Shown: positions 12,456 to 24,100 of the stretch, piece by piece | Layout of the letters: each line of letters starts with the position of its first letter | Position numbering within the stretch: the stretch's first letter is position 1 | NCBI RefSeq assembly: GCF_024521635.1 | Contig: NW_026250404.1 | Location: 2,418,001-2,482,000 of the forward strand | Source of the DNA: Tricharina praecox | Taxonomy: Eukaryota | DNA length: 64,000 bases | Direction: 5' to 3' | Made by a program: the position numbers and the translations under genes | Notes under the pieces: model-generated | What the model was told of the DNA's origin: nothing | The model's input: only the letters and a program-made list of their open reading frames with translations | Databases searched by the model: none

Positions 12456-13697
12456 ATTTCCCCAGCAACGAGAGGGCGGGAAGCTCAATTCTTATGTACG
12501 TGCCTGACACCTGTCGATCGTGGACCGAAATAGCAAGCTCACTGCTTTCCAGCCTCTCGACTCCGATCGAGGCCGGCGTCCGCAGCCAGCTGACGTCGAT
12601 GACGCGGGGCTGTGGTATCGCGCCTCAGCCCCCCCCGCGTTGACATCCCAGCACACTCACGCTGACTGCTGACTACGGCGTAGTGGCCTGCCGCTACGGT
12701 CACTAGCGCGCGGACGTGGGGCCATTGGCTCAGCGCGCGGTGATCAGGCCCCCGCGAGCTGGGCGTGACGTAGAGCTGGTACTCTACATTCAGCTTCAAA
12801 CCGACATAACTGAAGTTCTAGAGTAATGGTCGTCCGTGAGATTATCTGTATGTTGTGTGGCGAGGACTAGGGTAAGGTGTGCTGTTGGTGGTGATGGCGA
12901 CGGTAGGGCTATCCGCATGGTACCGGTTGACGGCCGGTGCGAAACTTTTGCAACATGAGTTGTTGGTTGGAATGCACTGATGACTGCGCATCACCTGATT
13001 TTGATACCATCTAGGTACATATTACTACTCTAGAGAGTAGGCACTCGTGCCAGCCAGCACACGGTTGGGGGCTAGGTACCGTAGTCGTGGCGGCGTTGGT
13101 GCTCCAGCCTCCCGGCGGATACCCAAAGAAATCGCCGTTTGCTCAACAACTAAAGAGGTAAAAATCAGAGACTTTGTATACCTAGAGTAGGTATAGACCC
13201 AGACCATACGATCGGGAGCCACAAGCAGCGTGTACTCGATCGGGTGTAAGGGTAAGTGTTGCCTCATCTTGCGCTTAAAGGTAATTCGTAATGGTGGTGA
13301 GGCACGACGTATCGGCTGTTCCTGGTACACACACCCGCCATTTCTACGGTGATGATTCGTTCGTTAGAGGAGTAAACGATGGTGGGCGCAATGATGAGCC
13401 TAAGCTTAGATAGATGAGGTACCTATGCCAACTTCCAAGGGTCTCCAACTCAGCATATTTATAGAATCGAATACCTATATGAACTTTGAAGATACTGCTC
13501 GAATTTCCCCATTAGGCTGTTGGTAAAGCATGCTGTTACCCGTAATTCTATCCCTAATAGGTAATTGTCCCGTGGACACTACTCGAGAGCTCCCATATAA
13601 ATTCTCTTCAATTCAGAATTCGATAGTTCAGCAGCCAGGCCCCATGACGACGATCGGGGAATCAAGTGTATCAAGCGAATGCGAACCAAGGCAACCA

Positions 13698-13809
13698 AGC
13701 GGATCAAGATACTCAAGCGAAACTACGAGCGAAACTACAAAGGAGAATAGAGTAGCGGATCAAGATACTCAAGCGAAAGTATGAGCGAAACTACAAAGGA
13801 GAATAGAGT
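13698..13809. repeat. Tandem duplication, 2 x 56 bp
   Basis: agcggatcaagatactcaagcgaaa(c/g)ta(c/t)gagcgaaactacaaaggagaatagagt at 13698 and 13754, 2 mismatches. Confidence 0.9.
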
Positions 13810-13874
13810 AGAGTACCGGTACATAAGCAACAGACATCTCCCCACCGGTGTGGCACAGTGAAGGAAGACACCTG

Positions 13875-14140
13875 CCGGTGAGAGAAAATGAATGTGGTTA
13901 GTAGTGGGTACCAACGTTGGTGGGAATCAGCGTTGGTGGGAATGGCCGCAAGGCCTTCTTCTCCTTCTTTTTTCCTGACCATCATCTACTCGTATAGAAA
14001 AGACGGTCAAACCCTCGTCTCCCCTCTCTCCTCTATGTGCGCTTGCTTTCTCGTCAGGCTTGGAGAGGCATTGGTAAAGAGCCCTCGCAAACCCGGATAA
14101 TCGTCCTCCGAGTACCGTACATAAACGGCCGACTCCCCGC
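13875..14140. repeat. Dispersed degenerate repeat family A, copy 1
   Basis: Shares ordered blocks gagaaaa-g-atgtggttag / tgaccatcatcta / gacggtcaa-cc / ctctatgtg / ggagagg--ttgg / ccg-ataa..cctcc-agtac with 52345, 53370 and 57530. Confidence 0.7.
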
Positions 14141-15056
14141 CCCTTCATACCCGACCGACATTATTCCCCTGGCGCCTTGGTTCCGGCAATGCAATATCTA
14201 GGCACGTGGTGAGTGATATTAAGTAGTGCAACGCGCACTGGATCTTGACCGCAGTGCCAGAAATTGAAACCTTCACAGTCGTGCTCGGCGAGACGGCGGG
14301 TGGCCTGAAAGTTGGAACCCCCCAGGAGCTACATAAATCAAAGGGTCTTTACCCCACAACAGTAAACTTGGAACCTGGACTCACCTACCAACAAAGTTTG
14401 TAACACTTAATGTTCTCGACTGACCATAGAATTTCCGATCGTCGACAAATCACTCGTCTTCTTCCTTACCGCGGGTTTTTGGTCTAACTAATTACGGCAC
14501 AATCGGAATCGAAGGGCACTCGAGGAACCGTCGCTCGAGATTTCGACCCTCTCTGCCGCGGATTTCTCTCGGACCCTATGTAGCCATTCCACCGCTCGTC
14601 CCACTGCTGCTACATACAAGAATTCTGCCATTTCCGGGAGTCAGGCGACTCTTGCCACGTCGACTCCCCGATCCCGTGGCATCTAGAGTAGGTAACCTTG
14701 GTAGGTACAGTGTATTACCTAAGCACACCCAGGTCCGACCTCCGTCGACTCGCTAGAGCGGTACTCTGCACAGAGTAGATAGCGCGATGTGCCAGGACCA
14801 TCCTAGGTCTTGAGAAACATACATGCCGACGCCGATCCCTTCCCATCCCGAGGTTGAACGTCTCCGGCGGGAATGCACGCTCCGGGCCGCGCCCCGCCCC
14901 TTCCCCGTCGCCCGCTGTCTGCTACATAGGTGCCCGCACTTGTTCCTGCAGGTCTGTACTACCCCCTACGTCTCCGGGCGCTTGTAAATTTGTTGCAGTG
15001 TATGAAGTTGGCCCAATCTGGACCGATGCAAAAAGGTTGGAAACGAGTGATATCAA

Positions 15057-15360
15057 CAGCATTCGACCGCCAGTGGCCCATCTGGAACATGACTGCCTGT
15101 TTGTGACTCGAGTCCCGGCCCCATAACCTCAGTGTCGCTGGTATTGGCACCGAGGAGGTTTGAAGTACAGTGGGTGAGAGGCGGTGACGGCCACTGCCAT
15201 GGTAGCAACCGCGTGACTGATACCAGCACAACTGCAACCAGACTAATCGAGACAGTGCGTCGTGTGGTTGTGTAGACGCACTGCAGTCTGCAGCCTCCTA
15301 ATCTGGCATACTATGCAGAGCAACAAATTTACACACGCCCCGTACATGATGTAGGAGATA
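15057..15360. repeat. Dispersed repeat family B, copy 1
   Basis: Colinear with 36972-37520: gactcgagtc-cggccccataacctc, tggcaccgagga, gacggccactg-catggtagcaacc, agactaa, tgtggttgtgt-gacgcactgc. Confidence 0.85.
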
Positions 15361-18252
15361 CACTGCTATTCACGTCAGCCGCCGCATGCGCCGCACGTCG
15401 TTGTCGTCGGACAGGATTTTATATCCATGTCGCACGGCGGACATACATGTATACAAGTACACACTAGTAGTTATATCCAACATCCATTGCGATCCCCCAG
15501 AGGGGATCCATCTGTGGGTGTATCTCGGAGAAGTCTGCGGCGGGACACCGTGCGTTGTATCCATAGATAAAGGAGGTCTGCTTCTCCTCGTCGTACTCGT
15601 ACATAGGTACGTACACAACTTTCATTTCTTTTTCCCTTGCAACCCTTTGGAACTGTAACTTTCTTGTCGAGCAGGAAGGGGATTTCTGCCCCACTCCGCG
15701 CTATGTACGGTAGTGAGTTCGGTTCTGATAGCTCACCTACCAGGAACCACTAGTAAGTATGATACCACGGCTAGACCTCGAGCTTCAGGGCTAACTAGCA
15801 AACAGCTGCATCTCCAAGTCGTTGTTACACCAAAGTTCGCATGGTGTGTACAGACGAGCTCCTGAGCTTATGCAAGGCGGAGAGGAGCTCGACTGGCCAG
15901 GCCGACGGGGCCGGGATAAGCCGACTTTCGATGGCTGGAAACCTTGGTACCTCCCTAGATGTCGGCGAAGAATATCGGCCGTCGCCGTGGGTACCCAAAC
16001 CGGGGCGTCCTCACGGGCTCTCATTTCACGCGCCTGCTGGGGAAAAAAGAGAGAAAATGCACACAATCATACAATACAAGCCGGGATATAGGTATCCCGA
16101 AACCCGGTCACGAGACATCCGGCATCGGGGTGGGTACTGTAGGTACTCCACTCTGGGAGGAAGCGAGACAGTCGCTAACGAACTCAAACTGACTCCTGAG
16201 GCGATCGACGGAACGAGCCGATATTACTCTACATACATATCTAGAGTACATGCATTTCATGCTCCATCCATGCTGCTAGCCCCCTCCCCCCAGAAGCTCC
16301 GGTCTGGATTCTTTCGGGTAAACGAAAATCCCCCCTCCCCACATAGGTGCATACAGCGACAGCATGCCGAATACCTACATAATTCAAACTATCCATCTAG
16401 GGAACTTCCGCCAAGAGCAGCTCACGATCGCTTCTGTTAGATATCAACTTGAGCGCGAAGAATTCACCGGGGATGTGATGTGTAGGTAGTTGATACACAC
16501 CTAGTTGATCGACACGAGTGATGCACAGTACTCATCTCGTTTCACTTGGTGGATCCTGCCGTTACATACGCGGTTGCTATGCATATACGGTAAATAGTAA
16601 TTGCTGATTTTTGATTCTTGCTTTTCGAGAGCTCGACTGGTCCTCGGCCACGCGTAGTTATGGCGCAGGTACCTCACTCGACTGCACGACTGTATCAAAA
16701 TTACTGTGGACACCCTAAGTACCGTCACTTTCTTCCAGAAACAATTAGTCAAGTAATTACTTGCTTCTGTCCGCGGCGTGTACCTCGGTGCGTGCGCTGG
16801 GAGCGGGTTTCGTATGGTGCGGGTCGTCGCGTGGCAGGCTGGGGGTGTGACCGCGTGAGTGCCCATATACGCAATTTCGGCTCGCTGCCGGGCGTTTATT
16901 GGTTGAAGGTTCTTCTAGAATGCAAGCCCAACATCCTTCCGTGCTTCTACTCCTTCCTTCGAATGAAACCTACCAAAACTTATACCAAACCAAACCATCA
17001 ACTCCCTGCAGCCGGTTTGGTTTGGTTGGAATTTCAATGGCAACTGGGCTGGCGCCGGACCAATCAATTATGATGGCCGGTCGAAATAAAACGAAACTAA
17101 CTGTTGACTCCCTCACTCACGTCGCAGACATCGCGATTGCTATACTCTATGCATATTCTAGTTACCCATCGCACTCTCGTTCGAAAAGCCATGTTCGCCA
17201 CGTTCTCGTCCCCCCCAGCTCCCCACATTCCGAAACTCGACAGACAGACGAGTCGATGGTTGCGTGGCTGTCCTGGAGATATGTAGCTAGAGTAGGTACA
17301 TAGAGCCCTGGTTTCGCCACTATCTTAATGGCAAGGGCTCTTGCGCTATGCTCGCCCCCTCCCCTCCCCCATCTCTCCAGCTTCAAGATTAACTACGGTG
17401 CATCTACTAGTATACCTAGTATCTACATACCTTGGCCGTGATCGAGTTGCTGCGGATGGCGCCGGTTGGCCAGCCTTGTTTAGAGTGAAGGATCGATACG
17501 TAGATTCGGTCGGAGCGGTCAACTGGAGCGCGTATGTAGGTACCCCCTTTGGAATTCAAAATGTGTTTTCGATAGAATGCCGTGTGTCGCGGTGTTCTGC
17601 CCGGTCGTTCGAAAATTCTTCATGTGAATCATCCATCATTGCGGTATCCGGCGGGCCAATGGATATCCCCCGTCCCCCCATATAGATATCCGTACTACAT
17701 AAAGCAATGTCCTCGTCGCATCGCGTACTAAAGTAACTGCTAACTAATAGGAGCTTCGATGAAATCAAGACGAATCTTTCTACTATACTTACATACGCCA
17801 CCACCACCACCACATTCGCTAACTACCTACTGCATAGTACTTCTTTGATCTCATACATACATACATAAATACCCGGACTGAAAGGAGCACCAATATCCCC
17901 ACTTCCCGGTGCTGGCGCTGGATCACTCTCGCTTAGTTGGTTCCGACAGTTGGGAGACTCTGAGTGCGGAAGAGCTATAACTACTACTTATATATACCGG
18001 TCCAGTCCCTCGTGCCTGGCGAGTGCTCCGGATCCTGCAAGTGCGATCACGCCTCTCGAAAAGCTCCTCCGTGCCATGGTCACTTGCGAGCCTCTCACAA
18101 CTCCCTAATACCTACATACATACCTACATACCCGCCTTTTAGTCGGTATCTAAAGTAAATTCATCAAGCATCCCATTTTCTGCGAATGATTCATGTGCTA
18201 ACTCCCCATCGGAAGTCGAAATCATCATCATCATCGAAAACATCACATCACC

Positions 18253-19350
18253 ATGAAGACCTCCACAATGGTCGCCGTCGAGGCCGTGGGCCTCACCATC
18301 AGCGCCATCCTTATCATCCTCCGCGTCGTCATCCTCTTCCGCCGGCGAGTCTGCCTCACTACGCTCGAGTTGCTGAGTGCCATATGCATGATAGTCGCCT
18401 GTCTGTGCACTATCTTCATCATGGGCTCCTGGGTGAATCAAGGAGGAACCATCCTTCGCTGGATCTCGGAAGGCAAAACCGAAGCCCAGATCCGGGCGAA
18501 GCTGTCGACCCCGGAACCACTCAAGATCGTGTACGCCGTCGACATCGCCACCATATTCGCGCTGTGGCTGTCGAAGGCCTCCTTTTTGGCCTCGTATGCC
18601 CCCGCATACCGCGGCTTCGAACCCAGACTGCGGGCGCTGTTCGCTATCACCATCGGGATCACCGCCGTCACCTTTTGTGCCTCGTTTGGGATGTTTACGT
18701 TCTATTGCTATCCCATCGAGAAGAACTGGTATGTAAACCCATATTTGCTCCGACCTCGTTCTTCGAGAGGGGGAGGGTGGGGAGTTTTTTTTGCTGAATG
18801 ATTTACCAGGCATCCGCACGCCGGACCAGGCGGCATCTGCATCATTGCCGTCGCCTTCGCGCCGCTCGTAACCGCCTGCGTTCTCAACGTTTTCACCGAT
18901 TTCTTCGTCCTCGCGGTCCCCATCTTCGCCCTCCTGCAGCTCCCACGCCGATCGCGAACCCAGCGCTACGGCGTAGCGACCATCGTCGCCCTCGGCGTGA
19001 TCTCAGTGATCGTCAGCTTCTACCGGATCATCGACGCCAAGGTCGGCGGCTACACCGACGGCCAGTTCCTGACGCTCGCGAAGCGCAACGTGCACATCGT
19101 CGGCACAATGGTCATGGTCGTGCCAGTGCTCGTTGCGTTCTCGCTGCCGAATCTGCGAGTGTTCTGGCGCGGCGGGAAGGAGCCCGGCGCCAATGGGTAC
19201 TATGGGCAGCGGAGCGAGGAGCGGTCTGGACCGACGCCGCAGGTGGACCCGCGCGGCGTCATCGGTGACGGCGATAGTTATCACAATCTGGTGCCGGGGA
19301 ATTCTATGAAGGCCGATGCGATCATTATGCACCACCGAGGTCGCGTATGA
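18253..19350 (+). CDS. PTH11-like (fungal rhodopsin-domain) integral membrane protein without CFEM, 2 exons, about 338 aa
   Basis: Multiple TM segments, LWLSKASFL, CYPIEKNW|..C, NVFTDFFVLAVP motifs; intron 18729-18809 (GTATGT...CAG); exon sum 1017 nt. Confidence 0.85.
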
Positions 19351-21133
19351 TCGGTCGGCTGACCGTTGTAATGGGGAATGAATATGACTCAAATCAAACT
19401 ATCGGAGCCTCGTGCGAGTAGTAAGCGGGAGGAGCACGGGTGTCGGCGGACGCCTGTTCCACTCAGAGACGTCCTGCTGAAGTAGTGGTCGCTACCTATG
19501 ATGTACATAGCCAGTTGTTCGCGCCCGATCCCATCTGCACCGCAGCATTTCAGCATCAATCACATCCGAGCAGTGGAAGACGGGAGCGACAACATCTCTT
19601 CTGGAGGAGAGGGTGGGGGAGCATGGGGGAGCATGGGGGAACAGGAAGAAAAACCAAGGGGTACGTGTTGGAGAGCTGAGCGACGCGTGGTGCATGCACA
19701 TGCGACGACACGGTCCTCGGTGGCAAAGTGGCGTCGAACTGGGGCCAAGCCTGCAAAAACGATGCCAGTACATAGAAATTCAGTCCCCTTCTCTGTCTCT
19801 CTCCCTCTATCTCTTTCTCTCGGGTGAATCCCATTTCTCTCACCTCAAACTTGGGGAAGGGGTACTGATGGCCGAAAATCTCCTGATAAGACGGTCACGT
19901 GCTCGAGTGACGGATCGTGGATCACTGTAGATAGCAGATGCAGTCCGTGTTTCAACGGCATGATCACTCGGTGCTATTCCATTTTCCTCTCTCTCCGCAC
20001 TACAAACCGAACGAAGGGCGTGTCTCTAGAAATGCTGCCTAGAGAGTAGTCGAGTATTCCGCCCTTTGTTGTGTCGTTTTTTCCCCTCCAAGTGCAAATC
20101 TTACCACCGCCGAAACAAGGGCTTTGTTCCAATACCGGAAACAATGAAGCCGTATGGAATTCACGGCCACACTGGACAGGAGCTTTCTCCGCGCCTCGAG
20201 AGCGGGGAAGAATGGTTCTGCGAAACATCACGTCGAGGGGGCATGGACGGCGCCGCCGCAATCGTTGGTAGATGTCCACTAATAAAGTATTCGCGCGGCT
20301 CCCAACGTGCGGAGAATCGGCTTCCATTGTGGCAGAAGGTACCGCGAGCGTGATAATGCGAAAACCAGCGATGCCGATGCGTTGATGCGTTCCAAGGACT
20401 TGATGTACGTATCGACGCTTATCGGACGTCGTCATGGCGCTGCACTCCAGCTCGGTCTGGCTGTCGATTCGGCTGGTGACAAATCACTGTTGATACGCGC
20501 ATTGAATGTGGACTGGAAGAGCGGATTTTGCCTCGCCTTCATGTCGCCATTCACGGTCGATGCGAGATATACCGGAAGACAACTCGCTCCAATAGCGACG
20601 AGACAAACATGCGAGCTCTCCCCCGAGAGATGGGGAAGGCCTAGCGGGGTATCCTCGAGAAAAACCACCCCTTCGAGTTGGTCTATGGCTTCAAGTCCCG
20701 TAACCGTTTTCTTTGTTTGACATCCATCGTAAACAACAACAGCAGCCAGGCAGCTCGAACAATCCTTTGTTCCGACTGCGCGACGAACAGCTTCACCGGC
20801 TTATATTCCGACTCAATTCAGCGCCCCGCGCGCAAACCCTGCGGTAAAGAAAAGCAGAGTCTTTCGTGACAATCTCTGTCGCCTTCTCCTCACCTCACCT
20901 CCTCCTCCGCACCATCCATCACTCTTGCCCGATTGACCTGACCGGCGGAAACATTCAGAACAACATCGACAACGTCTCCTTTGAGCGCGTAATCGTAGAG
21001 ACCCTCCCTCATAGCCGACGCTAGACGGAACAGCGGCACTCGCATCTTTACCAGCCAAGTTCGGTCGTAATTAGCCTACTCTTCCTCAACTTTTCGTGTC
21101 GTTTTTTTTCTTCTCCATCTGTGAAGCCCTGTG

Positions 21134-24100
21134 ATGGTTTCCGATATGATGGTGCTCGACGATGTTCCGCCGCTGGGGATGGACGCAAGTGTCTCGTACT
21201 GGATAGAGGCCGTGCGAAAAGTCCTTCGACAGGAGGGGCACGAAACAGCTTTTGAGAATATATCCGCACACGAAACCGGCGGGTACATCGCCGAACGCCG
21301 ACCACGGATCGCAGGCATCCTCTTGCGACTGCTGCCCCACGCGGAGGGAGACACGCCTCGGGTTGTCGTGGTAAAACACGGGCAGATAGTCACGCTTAGC
21401 AGGTGCGTTGGCGATTCCCTCGAGATTTACTGCCCGACGGACTAGATGGCTTACTATGTCAGGTCTGAGCGAGAGCCAGAGATCCACCCAAAGGAGTTTG
21501 TGGAGGATAGGATGGAAATCGACGAGATCGTGAGCGGTGAGAGATTTGCTACATACCTCGAGCGACTCCCCCGGCCTGCGCAGTGACTGATTGACCGATG
21601 CACCGAATCAGAACATCCGGTTACACCGCAAAAAGTCGGAAGGGTTTCTTTGCCTGCTGGCGCCACGGCTCTGAACTTGCAAGTCGCGCTGAATGGAAAT
21701 GCCTATTGCCGGCCCGCAAACGCCGATGCCGATTTCCAGTATTCAGTCATCCTTCTAGACAGCCCTCTGGACAGATCTGCTCTCTTGAATCTCGAAACCT
21801 CCCTTTGGGTGTGGTTCGATGCCGAAACATGTGCGGCTGGATTGGATTCGGGCCCGGTCGACCTTGGAGGTGTACTGCAGAGCATACGTCGCCGACGGCA
21901 CGAAACGTCGTACAGCAACTCCGAGGATCTCTCTTTCGCCAGTGGATCCGCGTGGGAACAAACAGGTATGGAAGAGTCGCGGTATCGCCAACTACCGTTG
22001 TTGTTGCAAGGCGGAGCCGGACCTTCCCAGAGCCCGGGACCAAAAATAAAGATCGATGGCGCACCACCCCCGGTACCGCCGGGCCACCCTCAAACGATGC
22101 CGCATTTCCATGGTCCACTGCGCTGGCGCCACAGTTTCGACATCACATGGGAAGCCAAAAACCTGCCGAATGAACATGACGCTGTCACACGGGTCGTCCG
22201 CGACCCGACCATCTTCCAGAAAATCCTCCGGGAGGCCGATTTCACACAGGCACGGGTGGATGACCGCACGAAGAAATTCGGCGAATGGAAGCTCGACGAG
22301 TATCTCAACCAACCTATAGAATTCGACGTCGAGGTGGCTTTCCACCCGACCAATCCCAGGGCCTTCGAGATCTACAAGCATCTCTACCACGCCGAAGATA
22401 AAGACGACAGCGGTCTTTCACCCAAGGCGCTGGTCTCGAGTGCTATCGGCGAACACATATACCACCAGATGTTCGAGCCGTTCCGTCGAGAACCGTACAA
22501 ATGCGACATCGCTGTGATCGGCCGGCACGAGTTCATGTCGGGTCACCTCAATCTGAGGTTTCTCACCGGAGCACGTCCGGAACCTCTGCTGCATTATAAA
22601 ACCGCCGATAGGGTGGATACGAGGCCCGATCTGCACATTGAGGAGCTCCGGAATAACCGCTTCTGGGCCTTTTACATGCACAACACTGGAGAGTGTGTGT
22701 ATGCGATCGACCAGGAAACCACGATATATTTCGAAGACACCGACGGCGTCAAGTTAGCCGCGGTCTCCGTCTTCGACCTAAGGAAGAAACAGAAGTTGCC
22801 AGGCCCCGGACTGGGCGAATACGAGGCGAAATTGTTCGAGCACATTCCCAACGACTTGCTGAAACTCGAACCGAAACTGTGGACCCGCTTGACAAAAACC
22901 GGAATCACAAAAAGCGAGATGTACTACTACATCCGGGAGGAGGAAGAACTGTACAGAAAGTTTAGCGTCACCAGGCCGAGGAAATACTACGCTCTCAAGA
23001 ACGAGGCCGATCTCAGAGTGCTCGAGTACAAGGCTCGTTCCGCTGCGGAATCGAGTCGAACACCCGACAGAGTCCACATTGTGATCTCAGAACTCCCTGC
23101 TACGTGGGAAGAAGAGATGATCACGCATGACTTCCCCCAAAGGAGAGGCGAGATTAATAATCACTGGTGGCTTATGATCTATGACAGGACAACCGCAACC
23201 CTATGGGACCACAACACACGTATGCCCAAAGAGAGGATACAAATACGGCGGCTCGAGGTGAACCTGCAGTGGCTCAGCCGTCTGCACAACCTTGGTATGC
23301 CCGCAAAGATCAAAGTCAGGCAAGCGCACTCCTACCCACAGGAAGACGATTATAGTTGTGGGATTCTCGCAATCCATACCCTGTGGATGTTCCATCTTGA
23401 CCGTGATGCGGCGCTCCGTGGTCAAGAGACTTTGGGGGAGATAGACCCGAAGAGACAGTTCAAGGACGCAGCAAGTTTACGTTACACGAGCCTAGGTTTC
23501 GAAGCTAGGTCCGACAGAAAGTTCCGACAAATGCTGAACCAAATCTGCCATGTCAGTCAGGAACTCAGAAGCGGGGATTGGCACATCAAACAGCGTGGGC
23601 GCACGGAGACCATCCCACACACGGAGATTCTTCGCAATTGGTGCCCGCAGAAGTATTTCCTTGATCCCGCACAAACCAATGTCGAGGAGGAGGAGGAGGG
23701 ACGTATATTGTCTTATAAACACCCGGATTTTTCCGAGTGGGTCCAATGGTTCCAAGATTGCAATGTCATGGCTTTGAACCTGATACACGGCAACCACAAC
23801 AACGCGCTCGAACGCATACGATACCACTTGGATCACGCTGGAGGCGTTTTATTTTCTTTCAAAGAGCATCCCGATCTGATCCTAAAACCGGCAACACAAT
23901 GCAAGGGCAAATCGTGTCCTCACTTGATCGATATTATTCCCGTGCCCGTGAACTGCCAGGTCATCTTGCAACCGTGAGTGCCTCTATGGGTACATACCCA
24001 ATGCGAGCAAGCCCCCCTGTTGACATTGTACTAGTTACGAGCCACAGACGGAGGATAAGAATGCAACAGTCAAGCAAATGGCCGACCGTCGTATTACTGC

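Noticed and set aside
19970..20950. Overlapping short ORFs upstream of the Ulp1-like gene as a possible pseudogene or extra exons
   Set aside because: No recognisable motif and no consistent splice path to 21134
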